From Sphagnum compactum (taxonomy: Eukaryota): DNA of 64,000 bases. The stretch lies in assembly GCA_965153455.1 (NCBI GenBank), contig OZ234493.1, positions 29,068,213 through 29,132,212 on the forward strand, written 5' to 3'. Made by a program: the position numbers and the translations under genes. A model generated the notes under the pieces. That model was given only the letters and a program-made list of their open reading frames with translations. It ran no database searches and was not told the DNA's origin. Shown piece after piece: positions 23,643 through 37,359 of the stretch; within the stretch, counting starts at the first letter, position 1, and every line of letters starts with the position of its first letter.

Positions 23643-25825
23643 ATGGCTTCACAAGTGCCAGCAGGTGTGCCTGTGGACAGGGAACAGGTAGATTTCCTTT
23701 CTTCCTGCTCTTCTCTTCTTGTCTGTCATTTTTTTTTCCCCCTGTGTTGAAGATTGTTGTATAGAAGAAGAAGAAGAAGAAGAAGAAGATGAATCAGTTC
23801 TGACGAAATAACTGTGGTGGTGCTGGTGTATGCTATGTATTACAGATATTTGGCATGGCGCAGCAGGAGATGGAGTATAGAGTCGACCTCTTCAATAAGT
23901 GAGCGTTGTTTTCTGACCTGCTATGGCCAATTCTGCTTTGGTGTTCTTTGTTGGTCATCGATCTCTTTTTGTTATATGTTTTTCTAGGGTTTTAGGTTGT
24001 TGAAAAGCATACTATGCAGCAAGCAAGGAAACAAGCAAGAAAGCTCACATTTGAGCGACTATTTGTAGTTGACAAAAACAAAGGTTGCATTATTCCTCAG
24101 GCTTACCCAGACATGCTTTGACAAGTGCGTTGAAAGAAAGTGAGTGCTCATATCCTACCTGCTGCTCCCTGTGTGCAAGTGTTTTCATCATTTTCTTGTA
24201 CTTCGTTGCATCCTTCTTGAAACTTGGTATTTTCTACCCTCTCCAATGCAGCTCTAATTGTAGTTCTCTATATAACATCAATTTGATCAAGAAGGATATC
24301 AGATAGTCCTTAAATAAGATGATGGGGGCAAAAACTTAGTGGCTTTCCAATGTAGTGGTATGGAACTGAGGGATCCAATCACCAGGGGATGTGATCACCA
24401 GTGGTGCATATTTTTAGTGCAGAACAAGGCCAAAGCTCTTGATTCTCTTCTCATTTAGCAACCATTTCAAAACTGTTTCTTTCTCTGTTTCTCACTCTTG
24501 AATGATGATTTCTTTTTTTGTGTCTGTAGGTACAAGGAGGCAGATCTGAATGTGGGAGAAAACAGCTGCATTGATCGCTGTGTTGCCAAGTATTGGCAGG
24601 TATTGGCAAAACATTCTTTGAATGCAATTGGAAAGAAAGTGGACCTCCCATTGCAATCATGTCTCTGAGCTATGACTTGTGTTTACTGGCATCCCTTGTT
24701 GAGCATGCAATGCAAAATAGCTGGTGCATTTATGGGTGACTTTTAATCTGAGCCTCTGATGTACATTGCCAAGTGTTTTAGGTCAAATGGGTTCCCTATC
24801 ATCATTGAGTGCAGAAAAGTACCAAGAATGTCTGTGGAAAGCAATGAGTGACATAAACCTTGCCCAATCTTGCTTGAAGTCTTTGACACAAGGACTTCAG
24901 GGTGACCTAAGGGCTGGTACTATAGCTAGTGGCCTTAAGATGAACATTTCTTTTCTTGCACCTGTCATAACATTGCTAGGGTGTCAAGTTTTGGAAGATA
25001 CTAGCAGTGGGTGGATGACCCATAGGAAACCCTTTGCATCTGGTTCATTGCTGCAGGGTAAACTTGATGACTACACTGAGTGACCACACTGGCCAACATG
25101 TTGCCTGCCTCTGTTGACACATGTTTTCTTTTTTAGCCTCTTTGAATTTTATTTTGCTGTCTCCAGTAGACTCAGTAAGAGCATTTCCTCATAGATTCTT
25201 GTAAAGGGAAGGACCTCATGGATAATGATATCCTCAGGACTTAGATACTGGTGGTGTGCAGTGGAGGTAATAAATTAGGTGAAGCATTTACTGTTTCCAT
25301 GGTATAAGAGCTTCATTGTTGCTGAATTTCAGCAGCAGTGTGAAAAGAAACCATTGATGTCTATTCTGTTTTGTATGACTTAGTAGCTGATGCATTGGAG
25401 GAGTTCACTATTTTTGTACCTTACGTTTCATGCTATAGTATGATCTTTGGAAAAGTCTGGTGTTGAGGGATAAATTGATGAAGGATTTGTAGGATATTTT
25501 GGACCTGCTTACACAATATATGATGTTTTTGATCATGGTAAGTATGATCTGATTGAGCCTGTCATGGAAATGTTTTTGTGGTCTTTCTCCGCAGCTGCTG
25601 TGTTGTAATCCCTTTGTTTCTCTATTGACAAAGGTTTTTGAACGACACCATATTTTAGCTGAAATGTTGCAAGTGTGGTGCTGTGAGTACATTCAACTCA
25701 TGAGTTGGACTGTACTCCTTTGATCTGTGTCTTCCCTTCTCATCCATGACCCCAGTGTTTGTTCTGTGCAGGTGACAGGCATTGTAGGACAGATGCTGGG
25801 ATCAAATCGACCTCCTCTTGGGTAG
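23643..25825 (+). CDS. TIM10: Mitochondrial intermembrane-space small Tim chaperone TIM10, 5 exons, 86 aa
   Basis: Exons 23643-23687, 23846-23898, 24101-24139, 24530-24599, 25772-25825 (261 nt, GT-AG) give MASQVPAGVPVDREQIFGMAQQEMEYRVDLFNKLTQTCFDKCVERKYKEADLNVGENSCIDRCVAKYWQVTGIVGQMLGSNRPPLG, with a twin CX3C motif. Confidence 0.95.
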
Positions 25826-27419
25826 TCTACCAGAAATGAGCAATCTTTCTTGCATTTGCAGCTCCAAGGTGAATGGCTTCCCTCAAATGTAGCATGGATG
25901 AGCTTATGAGTGGTCAAGGAAGTTAACTCCAAGTTTTCCTTTATACCAATTTGCAAGTATAAGAGTACATATCTGGTCAACTAGATTCAAACATGGGTCC
26001 AGTGATTTTGCCTTGTTGTTTGCCTGGGCATTTTGTGATAACAGCAGAAGTTGCTTCACGTTTAGAATTTACCATTATCCCAGCACTAGGAACCTGATTT
26101 GGTCTTTGTACTCCAGTTTCTTTACAACAGTTCCACTGTGCCTTCATTGGTGTTCTGGTGTGTAATTTGCAGACCCTAGGGTTGAAATACTCTCAGATTA
26201 GAGCAAACTGCTTATCTACACTGTAAGGAGGGGAGTATGTTTCTTGATTGATAGCCAAGGGCATGACTGAGTCTACTTGATGTTTCCAGCAATGCCATAG
26301 AAACTCTGGATGCAGATTTTTGTGAACTTTTTGAGTGAAATCAGAGGTAGGCCATTATATACTTGTCTATAGCTATCGTTGGGAGCTGATGAAGTCAATG
26401 GGGAGTCATGGCAGCTAGTCACTACTCTTCATGATGACAGTAATGGTCTGATACTTTTGTCAGTGACACTCATAAGGTTATGAACAGGCTCATTCTTGTT
26501 GTGCTAGTTTTGGTTTGCTTGAACCTGACACAATGGTCACCTTTGAAGTATTTATTCTGGAGTTTTCTCTGCAATCTCATGGATACGGAAGGAGGAGGAA
26601 GACAGGCTTGAAACATATAGATAATGCAATATTGTGCTTGGTCTGAAACCTGCTCCTCAGAAACATGTAAGGTAAGCTTCTCAGATCTGGCAACCCACAC
26701 TGCAGGAGGTAGTGTCTGAAACCATGGGGGAGTGGTGTTGAAGGGAAGTCTGGACCACCTTCCAGCTCACGATCTGGGTTTTTTCTGGAAGTTTTTAAAA
26801 AAAATTCAAAGAAAAAGTTTCAAACCTTGTTCTGGCTTTCTTAGTCATGGAGGATGTAATCATGAGGATGGAGAGTTTTCGGTTGTCATGAGAGTTATTA
26901 AAGTTCCCTCTCATCAACCACCAAAAGCAGCTTCACTGTTTTTGTTCATTCATTTATTCTGCCCCTTGAATGCCTCATGAATTCATTAAAAGACATCATA
27001 ATGTGGAGTGCTGCTTTTTTGGCACATTTGAAAAAAAAAAAAAAAAGTTATGTTGGCAACAGGCATCATAAAATTTAAACATGTATTTTCTAGTTATGGA
27101 AGTTTTTTGGGATCATGATCTGCACTTTTGGAATGGTGATTGGAACTAGTCTGTGAATCAGAGGCCCACAAAATGGTAGGCCACATCTACAGGATTTGCA
27201 TGAAGCAGATAGAGTTCATGTTAAAATCTAATCAGTGGGATGGATGAATTGAACCCATAGGTTCACCTATAGGTGTCTATCTTTGAGAGAGCAATCAAGT
27301 GCTTTATTTTCTGAGCATCCTGAACTTGAGGATTTCGACCATGGGTAAGGTTGAATTTTCAACATTCTTTAAAGTTGAAGGTTTGGTGAAATCCAAATTT
27401 GAATTTGGCCCGGGGAACT

Positions 27420-27420
<1 letters not shown>

Positions 27421-27452
<32 letters not shown>
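27421..27452. repeat. (AG)n microsatellite
   Basis: Uninterrupted AG run. Confidence 0.95.
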
Positions 27453-27456
<4 letters not shown>

Positions 27457-28952
27457 GGGATCCACACAGACAGGGTCTATAGTATTTGGAGTTGGCCTTT
27501 TGGGTCTGAACTCTGAACATTTAAGGGCGAACTGCATTCCTCAAGTTTCAGGCCTACAACCAAATTTCAAAGTACACTGCCTTCAAAGTTTTGTTTCAAG
27601 GTGCAAGTGTGTGTAATTTGTTCTGCCTGTAATGAAGATGTCAGTTCCAGAAAGAAACAAAGTACACTCACTGGTAGCTGCTAGACTGAATTATCCCACC
27701 GGAATCAGGTAGGTGGCTTACTACAATGATCTGTCTCTGCCAGGGTTCTGAGTTCCAACTTCTAACTTCATTCACTTACACATTGCCGCCTCCTCCTTCC
27801 CAGATGATAGATCGAAGTGATACCCAATAACGCAAGGTAGTTCTTGAGGAACCAATTCTCACGTAAACTAGAAACGCTAGTTCTCATTGAGAGAACTGAC
27901 TTGAAAATCAACCCCATTCATGAGAATTGCCCAACATTGGTCCAAACCAATCGAGCAAAATGAACTGATCACAACGACTATGAGGGCATTATGATCATTA
28001 GGGCAGATCTTCCCTGGAAAAGGGATGGTTATGAGTCCTTTGTAAGGATCATCAGCTCAAAGAACTAGTAGCTGCTAGAGAACTAAAGAATCTACAGATG
28101 CTAGATGCTAAGAGAATCAGAATAGGCACCAAAAGTGAAGAGACCTGGGCATTGTTGTTATCAATGAAAAAATTGAAAAGAGAACCAATTTGGTAAGAAC
28201 TGGCCTAATTAAGAGATTTGGAATTCTAGAACTGTCACTGCTCTTTCATATGCAAAGTACCTTACCCTAAGGTCAGTTTCGTTGTTAAATAATCCTCAAC
28301 ATAGTGAAACGAAATTTTGTGAAAATATGAAGTTGACATGGTGAAATCATCATAATTTATCATAGGCTACACTTATGAATAATTTCACTACCATATCAAA
28401 ATATTATAGTAGATGATGGAAAAATTAATTATTTTAAAATTAAAATACGAATTCTTTTTTTGGAAATAAAATAAAATTCAATTTTGTCAATGTGGAAACT
28501 GACCCTAGGCTATGGTAATCAAAGAACTGGATGTGGCTTTTCTTTGAAAACTTAAAGAACCACTCAACACTAGTCCAAACTCGGAAGGGATTGAGAAAAA
28601 GTACACTCATTAAGGCTGGCATTCTAATCAGTAATTTCCCTCCCAGACTTTTTGGTTCTTCATCTTTCCTGTGAGTTCTCTCGCTCCTTCATCATGATAT
28701 TTTTCATCCAAAGTGGACTGGGGTTTTTCATCCAAGGCTGACTGCCATGTGCCTTACATTGGGTAAAGCCTTACATTGGATAAAGCCCTTGGAAGATGGC
28801 ATTACCGAAATTTGGAGCACCCCCTTGACTATCACTGTGGTTGAGCCTCTTATTTCCTTAATGTCCTCAACCGAGGGCTTTACCCTACACCAAACCCAAT
28901 TTCAGCCCCACTTAAAGATTGTACTTCATCCAAAGTATCTAACTATGGAGGT

Positions 28953-29232
28953 TGTTAACTCAATTTTTCAGTGTATATGATAATTAGTATACTTAACAAG
29001 TAACTAGTAAGACATTTTGATTGTCTTAATTTTTTGATTAACAGGTTCAAAGGATAACTTGTTCATTACAAGAACTAGTAATTAGACAATTGCAATAAGC
29101 AAGAAACAAAGATATTTCTTATGTTTTTATGATGGCCAAAATTGGAGCAACTTGTTAATGCAAATCAGTAAATTGAAAATTGTAAATTTAAGATAGAAAA
29201 GATAAACCACATAGTAGAGAACACCCTCAACA
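28953..29232 (+). repeat. 5' LTR (280 bp, internally deleted)
   Basis: TGTTAACTCAATTTTTCAGTGTATAT...GAACACCCTCAACA; aligns to both ends of the 3' LTR. Confidence 0.88.
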
Positions 29233-30959
29233 TTTGGCAACCGCGTAGTGGAATGGAATTGTAAGCAAAAAAATGCTTATGCCTTTTGGTTTTAGTAATT
29301 GTTTTGTTTTAATGTTTTAGGTTTGGATCTGTTTTAGGTTTTAAGAGTTTTCTAAGCTTTTCTTTGTGACCATACTTTTTGTTTTTTTTCTTTACAAGCA
29401 GTAATCACAAATTTCTTTGGATTCACATGTTGAGTTTTGATATTTTCATAAGCAACCTGTTGAAAAAAAGGAAATATAAATTAATGATTTTTAAAAGATG
29501 TCAACATTAGTCACAAGAGGCCTTAGAAGGCAATTGGAATTAGAAGTGCCACATCAACCTATTCATGAAGTAGTTTAGCCACAAGAACAAACAAGTTTTC
29601 AAGGCAAGGGAATACAAATGGTTGAAGCTCATAGTAATGAGCCTCAGCAACCTATTATGGTAGAAGTACCTTTTCATCAGATGCCCGTAGAAAAGGAAGA
29701 AAGAAGGGAACAACAAGTATTTTCAATTGGTTGATTTTTTACACCCCAACAATCGTTTCAACAACGGAGGTCGAATACACAATTGAATGAATAGAATATT
29801 GAACCTGTTCGACCTGCTGATGAGGTAGCCTTTGCAGAACACAAATGGCAATTTGTGACACCCGATTACTATATTTTTAGAGCAACTGCACATTCTCGAT
29901 CAGCACCGGTTATTAGGTACTATACATCTAAATTGATTTCTGTTTTGAATCCAACCATAGCCGATTCAGAATTGGAGCGTAATCAATTTTTAACCCGGTT
30001 GGAACAACTATGCAACTTGGAGTGAAAACCTTCACACTGATCAAGTTTTCAACAACATGTAGAACCGGTGGAATTACTAGTGGCCCTTGTCATTGTTCAA
30101 CAAACACAACCACTTCATCAACTTGTTTGGCCGAGTGTACCTGTCATGAAACCATTAAACGACCACTAGTTCAACGAATTATATAGGTTACAACCACCCA
30201 ACCTATTACTGAAGTTGCATTAACTTATGCATATTGTCAATAGGTTGGACATGAGTTCAAGAATTGTCTTTTTGTGGATGATAAATTGAAGAGATTAATG
30301 AAAGAAGAACTTCAAACTTCTTTGCCGCCTATGGTACTGAGCACACCAGTGACCCATGTTGGTGTACTTGTACAATTAGCTCCGATACAATTGAATTTGG
30401 TTACCAATCCAATATCGGTTAATCAACATGTAGGTTGGCCATAACTTGTTGCCATAAGTAGTATGGCAACCTAAAACAATACCATACCCAATGTAGTACA
30501 ATATATTACACTTTTATATTTATGGATTTAACATGTATTCAATGTATTATTCAGGAATGAAAGGACTTGATCCATTGATTTTTGGAAGGAAGAAGGGGTA
30601 TGCAGTCGGTGTTATTCAACCAGAACAAGTGCCACCTATTGAGCAATTGGTGTAAAATTAATATCATGTTAGAATTCCCACTTTAGGATTAGAACAATAA
30701 GTTCTTATCATAAGAGGTGTGCTTATTCCACAAGCGACAACAACAACTTTACTTATACATATACTTGTTACAATTAGGCTACCAGTCTATGGTAATGGTG
30801 TTTTTATTCAACAACCCAGAAGGGTTAATTCATATCCACAACTTGGTGGAAAACCGCTTGGAGGTTCGCCCAATGGAGGAAGACCAGGAGGAAGATCACT
30901 TGATTGAAACCCACTTGGAAGACCGCCATCGAATCCACATGTTGGATTTTATGGATGGC

Positions 30960-32760
30960 AAGCACATGACCTAAGGATATTTATGCCACCATGGTACCAA
31001 CTGGTTTTGGTTATATTTGAACCAACTAGTAAGTTGCCATACCAAAAGTTCCAATATCCCATATATGTGATACTAATCCTGATACTCACATTAAAGTTTT
31101 CAAGAAAGTGATTAGAGCTAATGGTGAGACCATGGAGGCAGACATCATCAAAATTATTTAGTTTTACTATACAAGATAACATCTCAAAATGGGGTGAGAA
31201 CTTTGTAGAAGATCATCTTAATTGCACCTTTGATGAATTGGAACAAATATTTTGCAAGTGTTTTTGGACCATGAAGAATGATGAAGAAATCTACATGCAG
31301 TTAAAGAATCTTCAACAAGTTGGTTAACGGGTAGAAGTTTACTACAAATGTTTGCTTAAATTGGCTAATTGTTTACAAGTGAAAGTTACTGATGTTTTCC
31401 TTACCACCATATTTAGAGCAAGTTTACAACCATACCTTAAATTGGCAACAACATGTTTGACAAAAGATACCTTGATTAAACATAAGGAAGTTATAGTAAT
31501 TTGTGAAGAAAGTGGACCGGTTATAGCAAATTGTCGCAACTCTAACATTGGGTTCGCAATTAAGTGTGAAGTGCAAGGCCCATGAGGTTGGGAGTGTGTT
31601 TAGGTGTGAAACACATTTTCACAAATGGGGGAAAGTGTAAGGGATGAAGCCCAATGACTCTCAAGTGCACTCCCAAGTGCACTCCCACTTTGGGAGTTGC
31701 ACTCGTGTGGGAGTTGCGAATGTTTAGAGCCTTGTTTGAAAAGGAAGAAAAACACCAAATTGGGCCCCCAAAACACCATTACATTGGTTTTGAAGCATAG
31801 ATGCTTAAAGTGCCTTCACATTGTTCATTTAGACCTGATTTGCATGAGTTAATATTAAAAGAGGGGTGGGTTCCCAACCACAAATCCATTGAAAGTAGGT
31901 GTCAAATGAGATCTGATTGGGTGTGCTATACACTACTGGAAAGATTTTTTTGAGGGTTATAGATATTTTCCTTGCATTTTCAAAACAGATTTGATTTGAA
32001 AAAAATATGAGCGTGCAAAGTTTTAGGACAACAAAAGTCCTAATTTTGGTACTCCCACTTGGGAGTCTAAGGGGAAAGTGACATTTGGATGTAGTCATTG
32101 AGGAGAGGCACATAATGTACTATAGGGAGAGGGAGTGGTGTTTCCTCCCAAAGGTTGCGGGTCGTGTAAAGCTTGTGTTTGAGGTTGCCCTTACGAAATC
32201 CATCGCATCACTTTCATTCAACTTGCACTAATTGCTTTCTTTTCTTAGTTGTGTAGGTTGACCTCCTCTTGAACTTTCACTTGTGAGTTTGTTCTTATTC
32301 CATCCCAGAGCTTTAGCATGCCCTCTTGCCCCTGAAATGTTGCGAGTTAAGGAGCTTGCCCCAACTTTCTTCTTCTTTTATTGTTTTGTTCTAGGACCCA
32401 CCTTTGGGTCTTTTGAAGAGTTTAGGGGCGCGTCACAAACTATAACACTTTGATAATTCAACTAGATTTCAAATTGCGTACACAGCCCATTGTCACCTAT
32501 ACAACTTCTAAACAATAGTTAACATGTTCAAATTGTGGTAAAACAAGTCGTGCAAAAGAAACTTGTCATAACAAAAAGAGAGAAAAATCGATAGTTCCTG
32601 TTGCACCCATTAAAGTTGCTAAACCGGTAATTGAAGTGATTGCATAATTTGTTAAGCTAGCCAAAGTGCCCTTATAATATCCTTGTATTATTTGTTCTAA
32701 TTCTAAGCATTGTGCTCTTAATTGTCTTAAAAAAACAGAAGTTCAGAATATGTTTGGAAT
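30960..32760 (+). pseudogene. Retrotransposon gag remnant, split by a solo LTR, with two zinc-knuckle relics
   Basis: IIKLFSFTIQDNISKWGENFVEDHLNCTFDELEQIFCKCF; after the insertion TCSNCGKTSRAKETCHN and CIICSNSKHCALNC. Confidence 0.8.
31532..32435. mobile_element. Nested solo LTR (904 bp) of a different family inserted in gag
   Basis: TGTCGCA...CGCGTCA termini and 5-bp TSD CAAAT/CAAAC. Removing it restores the gag frame EESGPVIAN|YNTLIIQ. Confidence 0.85.
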
Positions 32761-33289
32761 TAAACCAAACACTACTGCTACTGTAGCAGCAAAAAATCAT
32801 CAACTTGATAATGTCCCAATCAATGTAGTTGTAGCTGTCACAACACACAACTAAGCATCGTAGTAACAAGTTCTTAGAGAACGAGAATCAGTGAAGGAAA
32901 AAGCAACAGCTGATTGGTGAACATAAGAACAATTGAATGATTCTTTTGTTCATACCATTAAGGAATTATAGGGAAGTGATTTAACATTACAAGCATCTGT
33001 TGATTTAAACAAACCATTTTTCATTCAAATTGGGTAAATTTACCAGAACTAGTAAATCAACTAGTTGCAAATAAACAATGTGTTCAATTGACATCACAAA
33101 CCATGATACCAAAGAAGACTTTGGAAGAGATTTCGAAAGACATCAATACTCAAGTTTTGGAGACTAAGTATGTGATTAACTTGGGACAACTTCTGAAAAT
33201 TGTGTCAAACATTAGATGGTACATTTTAAAACTGGTCAAGCTTATCCGGTCCAACTTGAACTTGTTCAAGCTAAACCTACCTGTGCAAT

Positions 33290-36200
33290 AATAGCTATTG
33301 ATCATCAGATGGTTGTGATTCAAGTCCAAGTTGGTAATAATTTTATTGATGATGTGTTGATTGATGGAGGACCTAGAGTAAACATCATTATTGAAAATCT
33401 GAGGATACAATTAGGTTTGTCAAAACCTAATCCAATGCACTATAATCTGCACATGGCAGATTAAACCATAGCCAAGCCACTTGGTCTTATTAGGGATCTA
33501 AAGATATTTGTTTATGGAATACCTTATACAGTTACATTTACTGTTATGTATTGGATTCTAATTATTCAATGTTATTTGGATGCCCATGGTTGAAAGATGC
33601 AAAAGTATCCCATGATTGGGGAACCAATATTGTAACCATACAAGGAACTGGTATAGTAAAAACCATACCTATTACCAAGAAACTTGGTATTCAAACCAAA
33701 AGACCAGAAGTTCTAGTTTGTTATGATTTCCATTTTGGAATACTTGATGATGAAAAGGATGTGATGTTTGCCATAGAGTTATACTTGTTTTCAATAAGAA
33801 CTATAGTAGTACCTACTCATATTGAACTTGTTCCTAAACTGGTCTGCATACCAGATATTTTCATGGCAAAACCAATCCTTAAACATGATGTTGTACCAAT
33901 AGATGTATTAGCTATGAAATTAGCTATACCACCTAATACTGTCAAACAACATTTACTTAAAACTTTCTTCCACCCGGAGGTTGGAGAGATGATTGTTGAT
34001 GAAACATTTGCTCGAGAGCCAGTACAAGATCCAACCATAGCAAGATGGATTGTTATTGAGGAGGAGCAATTCACTAAAGTCAATTTGGGTTCTAAGGAGA
34101 ATGTGCAACATGTGAAAGTGAACTTTACACTTGAATTGGTTGTCACATATCAATTAATTGAGCTTCTAAAGTAGTTCGAAAATGTATTTGCCTAGACATA
34201 CAAAGACTTGAAAGGTATATCACTAGAGATTGCACAACGTAGGATCGAACTGGACACCATAGTACCACCAACTCATCAAACAAGGTACTGGTTGAATCCT
34301 AATTATGTTGCCATTGTCAAACAAGATATAGATAAGTTACTTGTTGTTGGTTTTATGAAATTGGTCGAGGAAGCAACCTGGCTATTTCCAATAGTGGTTG
34401 TTCCTAGGAAAAATGGGAAGTTGAAGATTTGTGTTGATTTTAGGAAACTCAATGCAGCGACCAAGAAGGATCTTTATTCAGTTCTTTTTACATATGAAGT
34501 TATCAACACCATTGCTAGACACAAAATTTATACCTTTTTGGATGGGTTTTTAGGATAGCATTAGATATCAATTGCATTAGAGGACCAACCCAAAACCGCC
34601 TTTGCAATAAACTAGGGGGTTTTTGTGTGGGTTGTGATGCCATTTAGTGTCAAAAATGGACCGCCCACTTATCAGAGGGCAACAATTAAAGCTTTTCATG
34701 AATACATTGATGTGTTCATGAAGATTTTTAAGTGACTTTACTTTTTTCAGTGACTTGTCAACCCACCTTCAAAAGTGTTTTTTTAAGTGTAGAAAGTTCA
34801 GTATTAGTCTGAACCTCGACAAGTGTGTATTCATGGTGTTTTCAAGAACCATTTTAGGATTCATAGTGTCTAAAGAAGGCAAGGTCATGGATCCTAAGAA
34901 GGTTGAAGCCTTAGTAAACATTCCAATATTTACTACCCTACAAGAAATCCAAGTTTTTAGTGAGATGGCCCAATTTTATAGGTACTTCATAAAAAAACTT
35001 TGCTTCAATCATGTGACCTATCACTAAGCTACTCAAAAAGTTTGAAGTCTTTGAGTGGATTGAAGGATGCCAAAATGCTTGGGAGGATATTATAAATCGG
35101 TTCGTACAAGCGCTTATTTTGATTAGTCCAAATTGGGAGCTTGAGTTTCACGTTCATACGAATACATTTTAGTTAGTAGTAGGAGCCATACTAGCCGCAA
35201 AACCCGACTGGTAAGTTTGACCAACCGGTTATGTATGCTTCTAGATTGCTAAACTCAGCTGAGAGAAACTATACTATTATTAAGAAAGAAGCCTTAACTA
35301 TGGTTTATGCTTTACACAAATTTAAACATTATTTATTGGGTAATTGGTTTGTGTTTTATGTTGATCACATGGCCTTGGTGTACCTCGTAAATAAACCATA
35401 AGTTTCTAACAGAATAACTAGGTGGTTATTGTTACTTTTGGAATATGATTTCAAAATTGTTTATAAGAATGGTAGTCCCATTTGATGGCAGATGCATTGA
35501 GTAGATTGCCCAATCAAGTAGATTTGGTTGCTGTACCTAATCAAACCACCAATGTTCGTTTGTTCACATTACAACCAGAGTAGTTACAGAGTGTTTATGA
35601 TTATCTGATGGAGGAAATGATGCCAAAAAGATTTACAATTTCATAACGACAATATTTAGCCTAGATAGCTAAACCGTTTGTGGTATAAAACAAGATATTT
35701 TACAAATTTGGGCAAGATAATAGGTTTCGTCATGTTTTGTAACCTAAACAAGTGCCAACTATATTATAAAAACTACATAGTGGAGTTGGTGGAGGACATT
35801 TCTCTTCAGACATCACTGTGAAAAAGATTCTTGATGTTGGTTATTGGTGACCAACCATGAATAGAGAGGTTCACGAAATTTGTCAAACCTATGATCTGTG
35901 CCAACGAACAGGTAACTTGTTAGCATAAAATATGGCAAAATTAATTATTACTTTGCTTGAAAAACCTTTTTAGAAATGGGGATTGGATTTTATTGGACCT
36001 ATTAAACCAGCAAGTTGTTATTCTAACAACTGATATATTTTAATTGACACCAATAATGCCACTAAGTTGGTGGAGGTTAAAACTTTGCGAACCAATATAA
36101 CTGTTGTTAGTGTAAAGTTCTTATATGACCATATTTTTACCTGGTTTAGTTGTCCATTCATTATTGTAATAAATCAAGGTACCCATTTCATTAATGATGT

Positions 36201-36860
36201 TATTCGTTATTTAACTAATCGTTTCATCTTGAGACACACTAGTTCTACTATCTATTATCCACAAGGGAATGGACAAATTGAATCTACTAACAAAGTTTTG
36301 GGTACATTACTAACAAAATTGGTGAATGAAAACCATAATGATTGGGATGAACACCTATCCATAGTTCCATTTTCTTATAGAATTGCTTTCAAAGTTGGAA
36401 ATGGTCACACTTTATTTCAACTTATTTATGCATTAGACCCATTATTACCTATAGAATACCTACTACCATCCAAACTAGGCCAAATATATGATCCAAACCC
36501 TGTTAGAGTTCTAAGTAGCCACTTATCAAAGCTGGAGAAGTTGCAAGAAAATCGGTTAGTAGCCCAAGACTTGATAGCTTTTAACCAATGGAACTAATCA
36601 TTATGGTCTCAAAACCGATACATTGAGACAAAATATCAGTTTGAAGATTATGTTTTATGGTTTTTAAGGGCTATTAAAGCACATACCCCTAACTTTCAGA
36701 GACGATGGTTTGGACCATACAAGATCCAATATATTGTTTACCCAATAATACAGTATTGTTGGTAATTATCAATAAATTCAATCCTACCCTGGTATTGGTC
36801 AATATTAACAAATTGAAACCCTATAGGTTTATAGAGGATCAAACACTTCAAACTGTTTTG
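33290..36860 (+). pseudogene. Retrotransposon pol remnant (aspartic protease, RT, RNase H, integrase with GPY/F tail)
   Basis: DVLIDGGPRVNII; WLFPIVVVPRKNGKLKICVDFRKLN; FLDGF; ILGFIVSKEG; KEALTMVYALHKFKHYLLG; LHSGVGGGHFS; WGLDFIGP; NQGTHF; PQGNGQIESTNK; RWFGPY. Confidence 0.92.
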
Positions 36861-37359
36861 GTTAAACCTAATGATTTTCTATTAGAAGAACTAATAGAGG
36901 TGAAGTATTTTGATAACTTGTCTAACCAACAACAAGTTGAGGAAACCTATTCTAACAACTTTCAAAAGAGGAATTGGTTGAGACTACTCATTCTAGTAAC
37001 TTGTTGGTCAAAGAACCAGTTCAAACCAACAAAGGTTTGATAGTAGACCATTTGACAAAAACCAAACTTGACAATAATTTCATTGAACCAAAACTAGTTC
37101 ACCAAGTTGATAATAACATGTTGACAAGGAAAACGATTCAAAACCAATTTGTTTCCCCTAATTTCGTGCAAAGTGATGATGTATTAGTAAACCTAATTAC
37201 ATGTGTTGACTTCTTAGGGACAATATGCCCTAAAAGTTGTGTCATTCTCCAAGCGCTACCACTTTCCATTTTTCAGCCATAGTACAAAGAATTGGTGTGT
37301 CCTTCGAAATGCCTTTTCATTTTTCACTTTAACTTTCCTTATATTTCTTACTGTATCAA

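Noticed and set aside
27435..27460. Resemblance to miR529/156-type sequence (GAGAGAGAGTACAG)
   Set aside because: It is the end of an (AG)n microsatellite and no complementary star arm was seen.
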